Shown here: one piece after another, positions 21,588 through 33,337 of the stretch
Position numbering within the stretch: position 1 is the stretch's first letter
Layout of the letters: every line of letters begins with the position of its first letter
From: Emiliania huxleyi CCMP1516
Taxonomy: Eukaryota
Reading direction: 5' to 3'
Assembly: GCF_000372725.1 (NCBI RefSeq)
Contig: NW_005201113.1
Span: 190,763 to 254,762 of the forward strand
Length of the DNA stretch: 64,000 nucleotides
Made by a program: the position numbers and the translations under genes
Notes under the pieces: generated by a model
The model's input: only the letters and a program-made list of their open reading frames with translations
Told to the model about the DNA's origin: nothing
Databases searched by the model: none

Positions 21588-22070
21588 GAGGGCGCGTGTG
21601 GGCGGGAGGAGGGAAGAGAGCGCGCTCCGAGCACAGGGTGTTTCTTTCTTTCCGCGCCAGTCCGCGCCCTTGTCGTGCCAGTGTGCTGTGAGAGAGGCTT
21701 GTATCTTAAGAATTCTTTCTTTCGCGAAAGAGAACCAGAACGGCGTTGGTCGGCAAGCTAGTGTCTCTCCTGCCGCTGAGGCTGAGGCCGCGGCGCGCGG
21801 GAGAGACCCCTCCCTCAGGACTACTTTCTCTCCTTACATCCGGCGAAAGAAAACCAAACACCCTGAGCGGACGGAGCGAGCGGGACAGATTCGGGAAAAG
21901 AACAAAAGCTGCGAAAATAAACGTCCCCACCTTTGCAGGAAGGATTTTGCAAAAGCGAGGGGGAGGGGGCGCATAGCGGCGCTGCTGGGGATCTTCTGGC
22001 GCAGCGGGTTCTAAAAAGAAAAACGCCCCCCGCCTGTGGCCTTGAATGGACGTGCCCCGGCGCCTGTAAC

Positions 22071-25000
22071 ATGTTCGCCGTTCTTGCCCTCGTGCCGGCG
22101 GCACCGGCGGTGACCGAACCGTGCGCCTGTGCATTGAATTGGACGTATCCAGAGGGTGGCCAGGCTTGCAGCGAGACGCAGTTCGGTTGCCCGCCGGTCG
22201 CGTGCGACGGACCGTACCCACCGTGGTGCGTCGTCGAGTCGCTGCCGTGCACCGACACTGACCCTGATTCAGGTATCAACACTGGCGGAGATTGGATTCA
22301 TTGCGAGCCGGAGTATTCGCCACCGCCGCCGCCGCCGCCCTTTTCTTTTCTTCGCATCGGCGCCCTCTTGCCGCGGCAGCTGCCAAGCGGCGAGTTGATG
22401 CACCTTGGCCGGGCAGAGGAGCTGACGTCCGTGCTCATGGCAATCGAGGAAATCAACAACAAAACAGACGGCGTGGCGGACGATCTGCTTCCAAACACGC
22501 AGCTTTTGCTCGCACACCGCGACTCGCGCTGCGACCCGGCATTCGGCAGCGACGCGGCCTACCAGCTACTGCACCACGCGTTCGACGGCGCCGGCTGCGA
22601 CGCGCTGGTTGGTGCATACTGCTCAAGCGCGTCCATCCCCGCTGCGAGGCTGGCGGAGCTGACGGCCACCCCGCAGGTACTCACTCTAAGAGGACCGTGT
22701 GAGTGTTGCTTATGCAGTCTATAACGGTTGCTGACTCAACTGCTATTAGGTCTCTCACTCCTCTCAGAGCCCGGAATTGAGCGGCGACGACTTTCCCTTC
22801 TTTGCGCGGGTTGTCACCTCTGACTCCCTCATGGCTGTGGCTTTGGCTGAGGCCACTCGAAATCTCCTCGGCGTCAAGCGCGTGGCCACCATTGCGTGCA
22901 CGGACGCATACTGCACCGCCGGCGTGGCGGCCTTTGAGGCGGCTGCGTCTGCTCAAGGAATCACTGTCCTTGAGTCCGTCCGCTTCGAAAACGGTCAGAG
23001 CAACCTCGGCGAGCCCCTCGCTGCTTTGCGCGCCTCGTGTGCGACCGTCTTTGTCACCATTGCTCAAGCAGAGGATGCAGATCGCCTTTTGGAGCAAGCC
23101 CTCGGTGCACGGCTCGTCGGCCCTGAATTCACCTGGGTTGGCGACATCGGTCTGTTCGGAGGGCTGGGCTCGCTGGCCGGCCGTGGCCTCCCCGTGGACG
23201 ATTTCCGCGGAATACTCGCGATCACAAACTCAATTGCGCCAAGCGTGGCGTACGACGGCTACGCCTCTCGCAAGCGCGCGCGGCCATCCACGCTCGGCGA
23301 CGGGACAAATTGCGACCCGGCAGACGACGACGAGGGGCACAAACTCTGGTCAGTTGATACGGATGAGGATAGAGCGCCACGCTGCTTCGGTGCCAACAAT
23401 CAGTTTCCCGAGAGCGTCTATGCCCCGAGAGCTTACGACGCTGTGTACGCTGTGGCGCACGCAGTCCAAGCGCTGGTGGACGACCCGTTGGTTCAGCGTA
23501 TCGACGGCGACGCTTTGATGGCGGCCCTTCTCGCCGTCCGGTTCGAGGGCGTGACGGGCAAAATCTCCTTCTCATCCGAGCCGGCCACCCTCGGCGATCG
23601 CGCGGATGGCGTCCTTTACGACGTGATGAACGTGAACGCGTCAGGCGCGTGGGTCAAGCTGGGCACCTGGCAGCCGGCCGACAACTGGGAGCAGAGCTTT
23701 GCCGGCAACGGTCAGGCGCTGACGAGGCCAACGCCCGACAACAGCAAGCCGCCAGAACTCGTGGGCGATACGCTGCGCGTCGGAGTCTTTTGTGATCATT
23801 CGCCTTTGTCCTTCGTATACGAGCAATGCCAGCACATGATGCACATCATTGACCGGATCAATGACAAGAAGGACGGCTTCCTCGATGACTTACTTCCGGA
23901 TCACAGGCTCTTTTACTCTATGGTTCAGGCAGGGGTCGGTTGTGAAGAGACTGAGGAATCCATGCGAAGCAAGTTCGATCAGCTGTATTCCGACTTGAAT
24001 GGAGTCGTCGCCACCATCGGCCCGTTCTGCTCGGATGACGTGGCTGCTGTGACAGCCGCCGAGTGGCGCGCTGGAGCCGACATCTCCACCGTCGTGCTCT
24101 CGCCGTCGTCGACGGCTCCGATCTTGGCGAACGTAGGCGCATACCCGAACCTGTTGCGCCTCTCGAGCAACGACAAGCACATCGCGTCTGCCCTTGCAGC
24201 ACTCGCAGAGCGGCTGAGATGGCAAGCCATTTGCGTGCTCCATGACGACAGTCTATGGGGACGTGGGGCCATGCAGTCTTTCACCTCAGCCTTTGAGAGC
24301 TCAGGTGGGAAAGTCGTGAACAATGGTACGGCGGAATTTTCCAAGGCAGCTTTTGACGGCGGCAACTTGACAGGGAGCAACCTGCTCGACCAGCTCGAAG
24401 ACTGCCCTTCGCAAATCATCCTCCTTGTTGCCTACCCGGCTGCGCAGCGGGCGGTGTTTGCTGCCGCCTATGACGAAGACCGGCTTTGGGGGCCGGGCTA
24501 CGCTTGGCTCAACGCGTATCCGGCTGAGTCGGCCTTCTACAATGCAGATGGCTCGGTGAACACGTCCGCTGTGCTTGGCTCGGAAGGGTTGCTCGGAGTC
24601 ATCGAGTCATCCGGCGTGAGCAGCGCGTCCGACCTCAGCCTCAAGTATCGGGCGCTGTGGGATGAGGTGTCGAGCAGTCAAGGCTGCACCAACATGAGCC
24701 CGCAGTCCCGACCCTTCTGCGACCACGACGACGACGCCTCGACCCTTCCCGATTACACGGCAATGCACGTGGATGCAGTGATCAAGCTTGCAGTCTCTGC
24801 CGATGCTACGATCCGCAACGGCTCACGGCCAGAAGACGCAGATGCGCTGTTTGCGACGATGCTGGCAGCTGACACCGTTACGGGGCTGAGTGGGCCTAAT
24901 GTTTTCGACGCCAGCGGAGATCGACTCGGCACCTTAAACGTGCTCAACTACCGGCTGCTCACCGAAGCTTCTCAGTCAGGGCGCCGCCTTGGCGTATTTC

Positions 25001-26742
25001 TACCGCGTTCGTTGCTTGAGTTCTCAATCGTGGGCAGCTACTCTACCGCAACCTCGACGCTGCAGCTACCAGACGTTGGCGCTCTCGTCTTTTCGGGAGG
25101 GTCGACGGAGGTGCCACAGCACTCCTCCCCTCCTCCGCCGCCTCCGCCGCCATCACCTCCTCCTGAGCCGCCGTTGAGCACTGGAGTACTCGTCGTGATC
25201 GTCTTGCTTTCGATCCTGACCCCCGTCGTCGTGATTTGGGTCGCCGTTCGAGAGTGGCGCCGTCGGCGGGAGCGCGAGCACGAACGGACAAGACGGCAGT
25301 GGCTGAGATATCTCTCAACGGGACAGCCCGTGCAGCTGGAGCCGCTCACAGACGGCAACAAGTACCATCTCTTTCTGTCCCATTCGTGGCTTTCCGGACA
25401 GGATGCTGTCCGAGTGATGAAGGAACGGCTGCTCGATCTGTTGCCAGACACGAAGATCTTTCTCGACGTGGACGACTTGGCGTCCGGGCGAGGCGCAGCC
25501 GAGGTTGCTGTGTCCAAGATCCTCATCGTCTTTATGTCGGATGGCTACCTCACGCGCCCCAACACCGTGCGCGAACTGCTTCGGGCGATGACCCTTGAAA
25601 AGAGCATCATCACCGTCTTCGATGAGCGCAGCGTCTACATGGACAAAGATGTGCTCAGAGCAGCGATCGACGCAGCTTGCCTGAACCTTTCGAGGTGGGC
25701 TCTCGACGGCGCCTTGGCGAGCTGGGGCACAGAGGTCCCAACTGCGGCCGACATCTTTGCTGCGCTGACAGCCCGGCCTCTGCTGTGGACTCGTGTTCCA
25801 GCTTTCATGAACGTCACTTTGCACGCGTGCGTGACACCGCTGGTTCAGCCCAAGGCGCCCATGATGCAATCTGTCCCGTCTTGGGCGCCCATGTTGCGAC
25901 CAAGCGCAGACGGGAAAGCGGTTCTCTCCCCGGAGGCGCTCGAGCGCGCAATCGAGATGACGCAGACTGCTGCTGAGCCTGGCGCGGCGGCTTCGATGAG
26001 GCTGTACACGCGAGCCGGCATCAGCTTCACCTGGCAGAGGCTCCGCGTTGGAGAGAGCTTTCGAATCTACGCCAGCCCACACAACCCCGGCGCGCTCGAG
26101 CTCACCCAGGAGCTGTCTTGCCTGCTGCAGCAACTCGACATAGAGCTCGAAGTGACGACCTCCGTCGCCGACCTCACGGCCTGCAGCCACATGCTGCTGT
26201 ACCTCGACAAGCGCACCTGGACGGACGATGACCAGCGGATAGCCGCGCTCTCGAGCGACGTGAAGGCCGCCCTGGCCAGGCGCGTCCACCTGCTTCTGGT
26301 TCACGAGAGCGAGCCGTTTGAGTACATGGAGGGCAGCCACGCCGGCGTCAAGTTCGACGACCTCCTTGACTGCGTGGATGGCGGCACCCCCATAGAGCTG
26401 CTTCAGCGACAGGTGAGTCCCCGCGCTCGCTGCATCAGCACGCGTAGCACAGTGCCGTCGACTCACCTCCACCTCTGTCTCGCTCAGGTCTACTCGGAGG
26501 TTGCGGTGCCGCTCAAAGAAGGCATCTATCGGCCCGCAAGCCTGCTGCTGCTCGCACGCGCTGTCAGCGACCAGACGCGGGCTTCGGCGCTGCGACAGCT
26601 CACTTCTTCATCCAAAGAGCTGCGCCTGCCCTCTACGACTTTGGCGGAGGGCAGTGCAAGTCTGATGAGCCGGACGAAACATGACCGCTCGAGCCGGCAG
26701 AGCACCACACTACATGGACGGAGGGCGCTCCCTCCTCTCTGA
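22071..26742 (+). CDS. Single-pass receptor: Cys-rich N-terminus, two Venus-flytrap (ANF-receptor) domains, TM, TIR, second TIR-like domain
   Basis: Introns 22677-22749 and 26413-26487. VFT1: LRIGALLP...AIEEINN...DSRCDP...GAYCSSAS...PQ|VSHSSQSPELS...FPFFAR. VFT2: LRVGVFC...GPFCSDD...SPSSTAPIL...YPNLLRL. TM about 25180-25250. TIR: YHLFLSHSW...FLDVDDL...NTVREL. Confidence 0.88.
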
Positions 26743-27446
26743 GGGTTACCTGCCCGGCATTTGGGCACCACTTCTCTTTGCTCACTCTACAGTCGTTGCC
26801 AAGGTAAGCTAGCATCTTTGGTACGGCTGTGAGCGCAGCCGCCTCGTCCTCTGTCGTCCTAGATAATGTACAATTGCACTTGTAGTACTGCTCGCAAAAC
26901 TGCCTAGACGTTGGCTGAGTGGTTCTGTGTGTCGCTCCTCTGTGCGCCCGGTTCCCCCGCACCCGCACAATCTCGCGTCCTCAATCACTCTGCTGCCGAC
27001 GCGGAGACGCCTCCGCGCAAGGTTCAACGCATGGCGCACGAGCTCTCGTGACCTTTCCACCGCTTTTGCACGCGCAGAAGCGCCTCCTGCTGCAGAAATC
27101 TCTGCTCCAGTGTCAGCAGCGGCGGCACCATTGAGTCCGTCGCAAGGCAAGGCACTCGCGCAGGTTGCAAAGCGCGTCGGCCGCTGCCAAGGCGGCTCGC
27201 GGCTCTCTGACAAGACAGCACAGTTTCCGCGTGGCGTGACTCCGAGCGAAGCGCCGCTCGTGGAGACCTACACAAGCACCTGCGCAAGCACGCACTTCGG
27301 ACTGTCGATCCGGAGGTCCTCGGCCTCCACAACCTTGAGCCGACGGACGAGGCGCTGACGCAGGCGCAAGCGGATCAGATTCTCAAAGAAGTGGTCGCCG
27401 TCCTCGACGACACTGCTTCGGCAGCGTGCACCTCAATCCTGCACCG

Positions 27447-27467
27447 AGAGAGAGAGAGAGAGAGAGA
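27447..27467. repeat. (GA)n microsatellite
   Basis: gagagagagagagagagagag. Confidence 0.95.
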
Positions 27468-28356
27468 TGGTCTTCACGCCGGTGGGAGGCACCGAGGCGT
27501 CTAGGGCGCTCAGCTCTACCTTAAGCTCCTGAGGGGCGCGTGGTTTTAACCACGTAGTAGGACTACAACCCACCACAGACACCCTCCCCACTCCTCACGT
27601 GTACACACTCCCTCACCCTCTCCTCTCTCCTGTCTCTCTCTCTCCTCTCTCTCTCTCCTCTCCTTGTCTGTGCTGTCTGCCTGACTCAGGCACTAACTCT
27701 GCCGATGCGTGATTGTGTGTGGGCTGCTCCGAGGGGGCCCTCTGTGCGATCCGACGGGTAGGGGGGCTGTGCCCGGGCGGTGTCCGGTGTGGAGTCCCCT
27801 TCTGATCCCGCCTGGGATGTTGGGTGTGAGGTTGTGGCGGCTTCGATCCCAAGGGGGGGAGCTGATCCCACTCAATAACCAACTCTCAGGGGCAGTAGGT
27901 GGGCGAGCTTCAGGCACGCTCATCTCGATCGTCAAGACGTTGCTACGCGCGGTCTTCCGCGGGGGGAGCTGCGTCGACGGGTGCGGGACCGCGGCGCAGC
28001 CAGTGCCGCGGCGAGGCCTCCGGCTGTTTGCGGCGGGCGGCTTGCTGCTCGCTGCGATGGCGAAAAACTCGTCTCGCCACACGCCAAGGGCTTATGCTCT
28101 GGCGAGACGTGAGGCGCATGCGCCCAGGAGGGGAGGGGGCATGTGTAACGACACTGCTAGAGATGCCTTTCGGGGCCCAGAGATAAAACTTCTGTGATGC
28201 CATGCGTGACCTAGTAGTGTCCCCAGCTATGGGCGTGTCCACGTTGGAGCCAGGTGTGGTGTGGGCGCGAGAATAGCTCCGCCGTTCATGGAGGCAACCG
28301 ATGCGAGTCGACTGGTGTGTGTCGTCGTGGTTTCGTATCAAGAATTCTCTCTCTCA

Positions 28357-28472
28357 ATCCTGCACCGTGTTTGTTATGACCCCCCCCAATGAGCACACCA
28401 GCGAGGGAGGGCGAGACGATCGAGGGGTCCCGTACCATGCGGAATCGACCCTATCCAGTGCTCAAGTGCTCA
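28357..28472 (+). repeat. Dispersed repeat (copy of 10382-10506)
   Basis: Reverse-complement match. Confidence 0.9.
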
Positions 28473-28578
28473 TCGTAGAAAGAAAGAAAGAAAGAAAGAA
28501 AACACACAACCCAAGGGAGGGACTCATCGTAGAGTCCGAGCACAAGCGAATCAACACTTGATTTTTCTCCCAGCTCCG

Positions 28579-29727
28579 ATGGCCTCCCACCGCATCGGCG
28601 CCCGCGTCGCGGGCCTCTCGCCAGCGCAGCTGTGCGCCATCATCGAGGCGCAGGCGGGCGCGAGCGACGCCGCGCTGCGCGTGGCGGAGGAGCACGCCGC
28701 ACGGCTCGTGGAGCAGCCCGAGTGGGTGCTCTCCGAGGTCCTCCTCTCGCCGGACCTCGCCCCGCACATCCTCGCCCATCTGCCGACCAAGGAGCACGCC
28801 GCCAAGGGGACGTGCCGCGCGTGGCGCCGCGGCTGGAAGGAGACGCTGAAGAAGCGCAAGAGGCCGCGCCTGCTCGTGATCGGCGGTGAAGGCAGCAACG
28901 ACGAGTTCGTCTACTCGGTGGAGCGGTACGACCCGTCAACGAATGCGCGGGAGGAGAAGGCGATGGCGCCGATGCCGTCGACACGAAGCTATGTCGGCAC
29001 GGCGGTCCTCGATGGCAAGCTCTACGCGGCGGGCGGCCATGATGAGGCTGACGAAGCAACTTCCAACCTTTTGGAGCGGTACGATTTTGAAACGAACGCG
29101 TGGGAGGCGGTGGCGTCGATGGGGACGGCGCGGCAGGAACACGCCGTGGCGGTGCTCGACGACAAGCTGTACGCTGTGGGAGGCTTCAACTACGACGACG
29201 GCTACCTCAGCTCGGTCGAGCGGTACGACCCGGCGACGAACGCGTGGGAGGCGGTAGCGCCGATGACGACGGCGCGGCATGAACACGCCATGGCGGTGCT
29301 CGACGACAAGCTGTACGCTGTCGGAGGCTATAACGACGACGACCACTACCTCAGCTCAGTCGAGCGGTACGACCCCGCCACGAACGCGTGGGAAGCGGTG
29401 GCGCCGATGGCGGAGGCGCGGCAGTCTGGCGTGGCGGTGCTCGACGGCAAGCTGTACGCTGTGGGCGGGTACGGTGGTGGCCACCTCAGCTCGGTGGAGC
29501 GGTACGACCCGGGGACGGGTGCGTGGGAGACGGTGGCGCCGCTGACGATGGCTCGCTTCGGGGCCGGGGTGGCGGCGCTGGAAGGCAAGCTTTACGCTGT
29601 GGGCGGCAGAATTCTCGATCCTGACAGGCCGGTTCACTCGGTGGAGCGGTTCGACCCGGCCTCGAACGCCTGGGAGGAGGTGGCGCCGATGGCAACGGCG
29701 CGGGCCTTTCCTTTCGCGCTCCTGTAG
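28579..29727 (+). CDS. F-box-like + Kelch-repeat protein
   Basis: VLLSPDLAPHILAHLP...KGTCRAWR, then about 6 repeats of AVLDGKLYAVGG...SSVERYDPATNAWEAVAPM. Intronless. Confidence 0.92.
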   Translation: MASHRIGARVAGLSPAQLCAIIEAQAGASDAALRVAEEHAARLVEQPEWVLSEVLLSPDLAPHILAHLPTKEHAAKGTCRAWRRGWKETLKKRKRPRLLVIGGEGSNDEFVYSVERYDPSTNAREEKAMAPMPSTRSYVGTAVLDGKLYAAGGHDEADEATSNLLERYDFETNAWEAVASMGTARQEHAVAVLDDKLYAVGGFNYDDGYLSSVERYDPATNAWEAVAPMTTARHEHAMAVLDDKLYAVGGYNDDDHYLSSVERYDPATNAWEAVAPMAEARQSGVAVLDGKLYAVGGYGGGHLSSVERYDPGTGAWETVAPLTMARFGAGVAALEGKLYAVGGRILDPDRPVHSVERFDPASNAWEEVAPMATARAFPFALL

Positions 29728-29844
29728 GCAGGGGCATAGGTGAGCTGTGAGCTGCGAGAGAGAGCGGCATGGACCCGGACGGGACGGACGAGGGCGAGAC
29801 GAGACGAGACGAGACGAGGCGGACGACCTCGAAACAGCGTTGGG

Positions 29845-29920
29845 CATGCTACGACCTACAGCACGCCGTCGTTGCCCGGCGCGGCCGAGCGCATCTCGGT
29901 CACATTTCGCCAGGTGTGGT
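29845..29920 (+). pseudogene. Possible AlkB/2OG-Fe(II) dioxygenase C-terminal fragment
   Basis: YDLQHAV, a frameshift, then AAERISVTFRQV, resembling HxV...RIxxTFR. Confidence 0.35.
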
Positions 29921-31124
29921 GCCAAGCCAGAGGGCCAAGTTCGAGAAGATGATCATTTTACGCCGTGGACGCATGGCGCTGTCGTTCCGTAGCCACGTCG
30001 TGCGGCAGTGGGTTTACGATACGTGTCGTTCGTATACAGGGTCCGTTCAGAGGGTACTGATCAGCGTTCTCTATTTCCTCGATCAAAGAATCCGCGCGCT
30101 GCCGCACCACGCGATCGTCGCTGCTCGCTCGCCGCTCTCCTCAATTCTCAATAGACCTTGAGGAGCTGGTCTCCGTCTCGTATTAAAAAAAATCAATCAC
30201 CTCGGAGAGAGCGGCCCTCTAGCAGCGGCGTTGTCCGTTGAGCGGACTGTCTCCTCGGACGCTCGCCCATCGAAGTGTCAGCTCTCTCTCTCACCGCGAC
30301 GCAAGAATTCTTTTTTGTCGACAACGCTAGTCTCACAATGCTGACTTACCCATACTAATACGGACCCTCTACGATGCGGCTCCGCCTCTTCTCGTCTCGT
30401 TGTCGCTTGTCGCCTGTGCGGCCGCCGCCTCCTCCGAGCTGGCGTTCCGCGGCACTCCAAGGCCGATCAGCTGGTTGCCGCGGGGGCGGAGCCGTGCCGG
30501 CCGCGTGGGCGCCTCCGTCGTACGGCAGCCCTGGCTCTGCGTGGCTGGGCCATCCTCTCCAACTGGCTCTACTTTTTCTCTCCCTCGGCCTCAACGCCGA
30601 CACACACCGCCGCGCGCGCACGCACGCGGCCAGTCTCCGCGCGCGCGCCGCGCAGCGGTACACCTGCTCAAAGAAAATGAAAGAATCGGAGCTCACGTCG
30701 CCACCGCCTCCGCCCCGGTCGGCACACGGCAGCACGACCCCAGCACATACAGGCTCGCAGCAGCAGGACGAGAGTGCGGTCGACGGAAAGTGCGGCCTGG
30801 GCCGCTGTGGACCTCCCGGCGCAGCTAACTACGGCTTTAGTAGCTTTGAAAGCGGTCGGGGCTCCGGCCCAAGCGCCAGCGGCCTCCCCGTGCACCCTCA
30901 GCAGAGCTGCGGCGGCGGCGGCGGCTGCTGCTTGGGTTGGCGGCGAGCAAGCGCGCGACGTCGACACGTCGTGCAACGCGTACGTGGCGACGTAGCAGAG
31001 GATGAAGGAGGAGGACGCCGAGCTCGAGCGTGTACTTGTAGAGGGCACCCCGCCGCCTTGACGCAGCGCGGCCCAGCCAACGCGGGGCGCCCTCCCACCT
31101 CCGTTCTGTCGCGGGTGCGAGCGA

Positions 31125-32342
31125 CTACTCGTCGTCGGAGTCGTCCGAGTCGTCGTCGTCCGAGTCGTCGTCGTCCGAGCCGTCGTCCTCGGTCTCCGGC
31201 GTCGGGAGCTCGCCGCCGCCAATCACGCCGGCCGACCGCGCGTCGCTCACCGCAAACGCAGCGATGTCGAAGAGGAAGGGCTCTGCTCCGAAGTTGAAGC
31301 GGCAGCGGTCACCGTCCTCGTGCAGCGCCACCGTCGGGTAAAGTCGGGGGCAAAGTCGGGACAGGCAGCAGTTCTCAAAGGCAGTGCCCTGCAGCTTGCC
31401 ATTTTTTGTGAAGAAGACGGAGCGGCGGCGTAGGTCGAGCCCGCAGCCCACCGTGTCGACCGCTGAGCCGCGGTGGCCCCCGAAGGGCTCGCCGAAGGTG
31501 ACGCCGTTCATGATCGCGCCGTTCGTGCGAGGGCCCGCGACCGCGTCGTGGCGCCACTTCGCGCCGTCATCGCTGTGGTAGCCGTACGCCGTGCTCCGCC
31601 AGCCGATGTGCAGTGCACGCTGTCCATCGTACGCCGAGCCGACCGTGACGCCGACCGAAGAGGCGCTCGTGGAGACCTCAAAGTACGCGAGCTCGTCCTC
31701 GATACACTGGAGCGGGCGGCGGCCGCGCAGCACGAGACCATGGTGTCTGTACGTCAAAGTCTGTAGGCCGACGGCCGTCGAGAAGCCGTGTTCGTCGACC
31801 TGCACCTGCCCCGATCCGCCCAGCAGGTTTACAAACTCGAAGCCAGTGTGGCGGCGTCGGAAGCGAAGCCGCCACTGTCCGTGCAAATTCTGCGGCTGCA
31901 CGTGGAGCGCTTCCTCGTCAAGAGTTGAGGCGGCGTAGTCTTCTGCGCTGAGGGTCTCTCCAAACAGGGGAGGGAGGGAATAAGCGCGGGTCATGACCTC
32001 GATCTGATCTCGAAGGTACCGTTCCCACGCGACGAGATTCACGGGTTTGACTCTCCACGTCCCGTCCGCCTCATTGTCCAACACCTGCGCCACCCGACCG
32101 TTCAGGTCTGGCCTCGCAGTCAGCCCGGAGAGCTCGACAAAACAGCCCACGCGGACGTCGCGCAGCGGCGGCTCCGCCGACCCCACCCGCGGACCCCAGA
32201 CCTTGCGGTAGAGCGCGCGCCACACGCGGTCGTCGCGGCCCTGAACGCGCCACAGCCGTGCGACCGCTGCCGCCGCAACGAGTGCGTGCGCGTCCGGGAG
32301 CTGCGCGAGGATTGTGCAGAGCAGGTCGGGGTCCTCAAGCAC
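31125..32342 (-). CDS. F-box + SH3-like + SPRY (RanBP9/10-type) protein
   Basis: LEDPDLLCTILAQLP...AAVARLWR; VELSGLTARPDLNGR; YFEV...VGV...IGWRSTAYGYHSDDG...DTVGCGLD...VFFTKNG...LYPTVAL...FNFGAEPFLFD; acidic tail. Start codon not resolved. Confidence 0.85.
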   Translation of the reverse strand: MLEDPDLLCTILAQLPDAHALVAAAAVARLWRVQGRDDRVWRALYRKVWGPRVGSAEPPLRDVRVGCFVELSGLTARPDLNGRVAQVLDNEADGTWRVKPVNLVAWERYLRDQIEVMTRAYSLPPLFGETLSAEDYAASTLDEEALHVQPQNLHGQWRLRFRRRHTGFEFVNLLGGSGQVQVDEHGFSTAVGLQTLTYRHHGLVLRGRRPLQCIEDELAYFEVSTSASSVGVTVGSAYDGQRALHIGWRSTAYGYHSDDGAKWRHDAVAGPRTNGAIMNGVTFGEPFGGHRGSAVDTVGCGLDLRRRSVFFTKNGKLQGTAFENCCLSRLCPRLYPTVALHEDGDRCRFNFGAEPFLFDIAAFAVSDARSAGVIGGGELPTPETEDDGSDDDDSDDDDSDDSDDE

Positions 32343-33337
32343 AAGCGTCGAAGTCTCTGCGGCCGCGCTCTCCTTGCACCGGACAAGAGTGCGCTGGCGC
32401 GTTCTTCCCGGCTGTGAAGCCGCATTGCGAGCCGGGGACTACTCTCGCGCACGCTCTATCGTATTCGGGTAGGAGCATACGCATGAGACCTTTTAACGAC
32501 TGTGGCTGGACCCAGAGGTCGCGCCTAGGCGCCTTCGTTCGAGCTCCTTCGGGTCCTCCCCCGGCTTCATCGCTAGCATCGCAATCCAGTCATTCCCGCG
32601 GATACGCTTCTCCTGCCCCTGCGGCCGTTCCAGCCGTGGTTCCACGCGTCGGCCGTCCACCCCGCTCGTGGGGGGGGGCCTAGCTCTCGTCTCCCCTCGG
32701 GAGGGGGGGGGGGCAGGGCCCGGATTCGCCGACGGCCCCGCCTCTCCCCCCCTCCGCTCCGCATCGGGCCGCAGACTGCGCAGTAGTCGCGTCGCCTCCC
32801 CCTTCGCCCGGTCCTCCTCGATTCGGTCCCTCACTGACCGGATATCAAAGGCCGAGTTGTGTTCGGATAGCGGCCCGCCGATGCCACCCGCCTCTTCACA
32901 CGGCAAACGTACGCCTTCAGCGCCTGCTCCCCCGACTGTGTCGGTCCCGGTGCAATGTCGTTGACGAGGTAGTCCTCCCCCTCCCACCGGAAAACCTGTC
33001 CAAGAAGGTCCGTCGAGCCAACCAGTCGTCTCGCCAGGCTCCGCACTTCCCGCGGCTGCACCGGCCTGAGAACGCCGGTGCTGACCGCGAGCGACAGACC
33101 TATCGCCCTAAGCTCCGCCAGGACCGCCTTCTCGCCCGCCGCCGCGGCCGCCCGATCCATCTCGGCCCCTCGAATTGCCTCCTCCCGTCTTCTTGCTCTG
33201 TCTGCCGCCGGCACGAACCTCGTCGGGCTGCCTCGTGTCCTTCCTGGCAAGATCCGCGTCGGGGCCGGCCGATCCGCCTGTGCCGCCCCGGCTCGGGGTG
33301 CGGTCGCGCCCTTGTAAAATTCTCTTTCGCCAATGCG

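Noticed and set aside
26662..26680. CTGATGAGCCGGACGAAAC resembles a minimal hammerhead ribozyme core
   Set aside because: It lies in the receptor coding sequence and I could not form stems I and III with a cleavage triplet.
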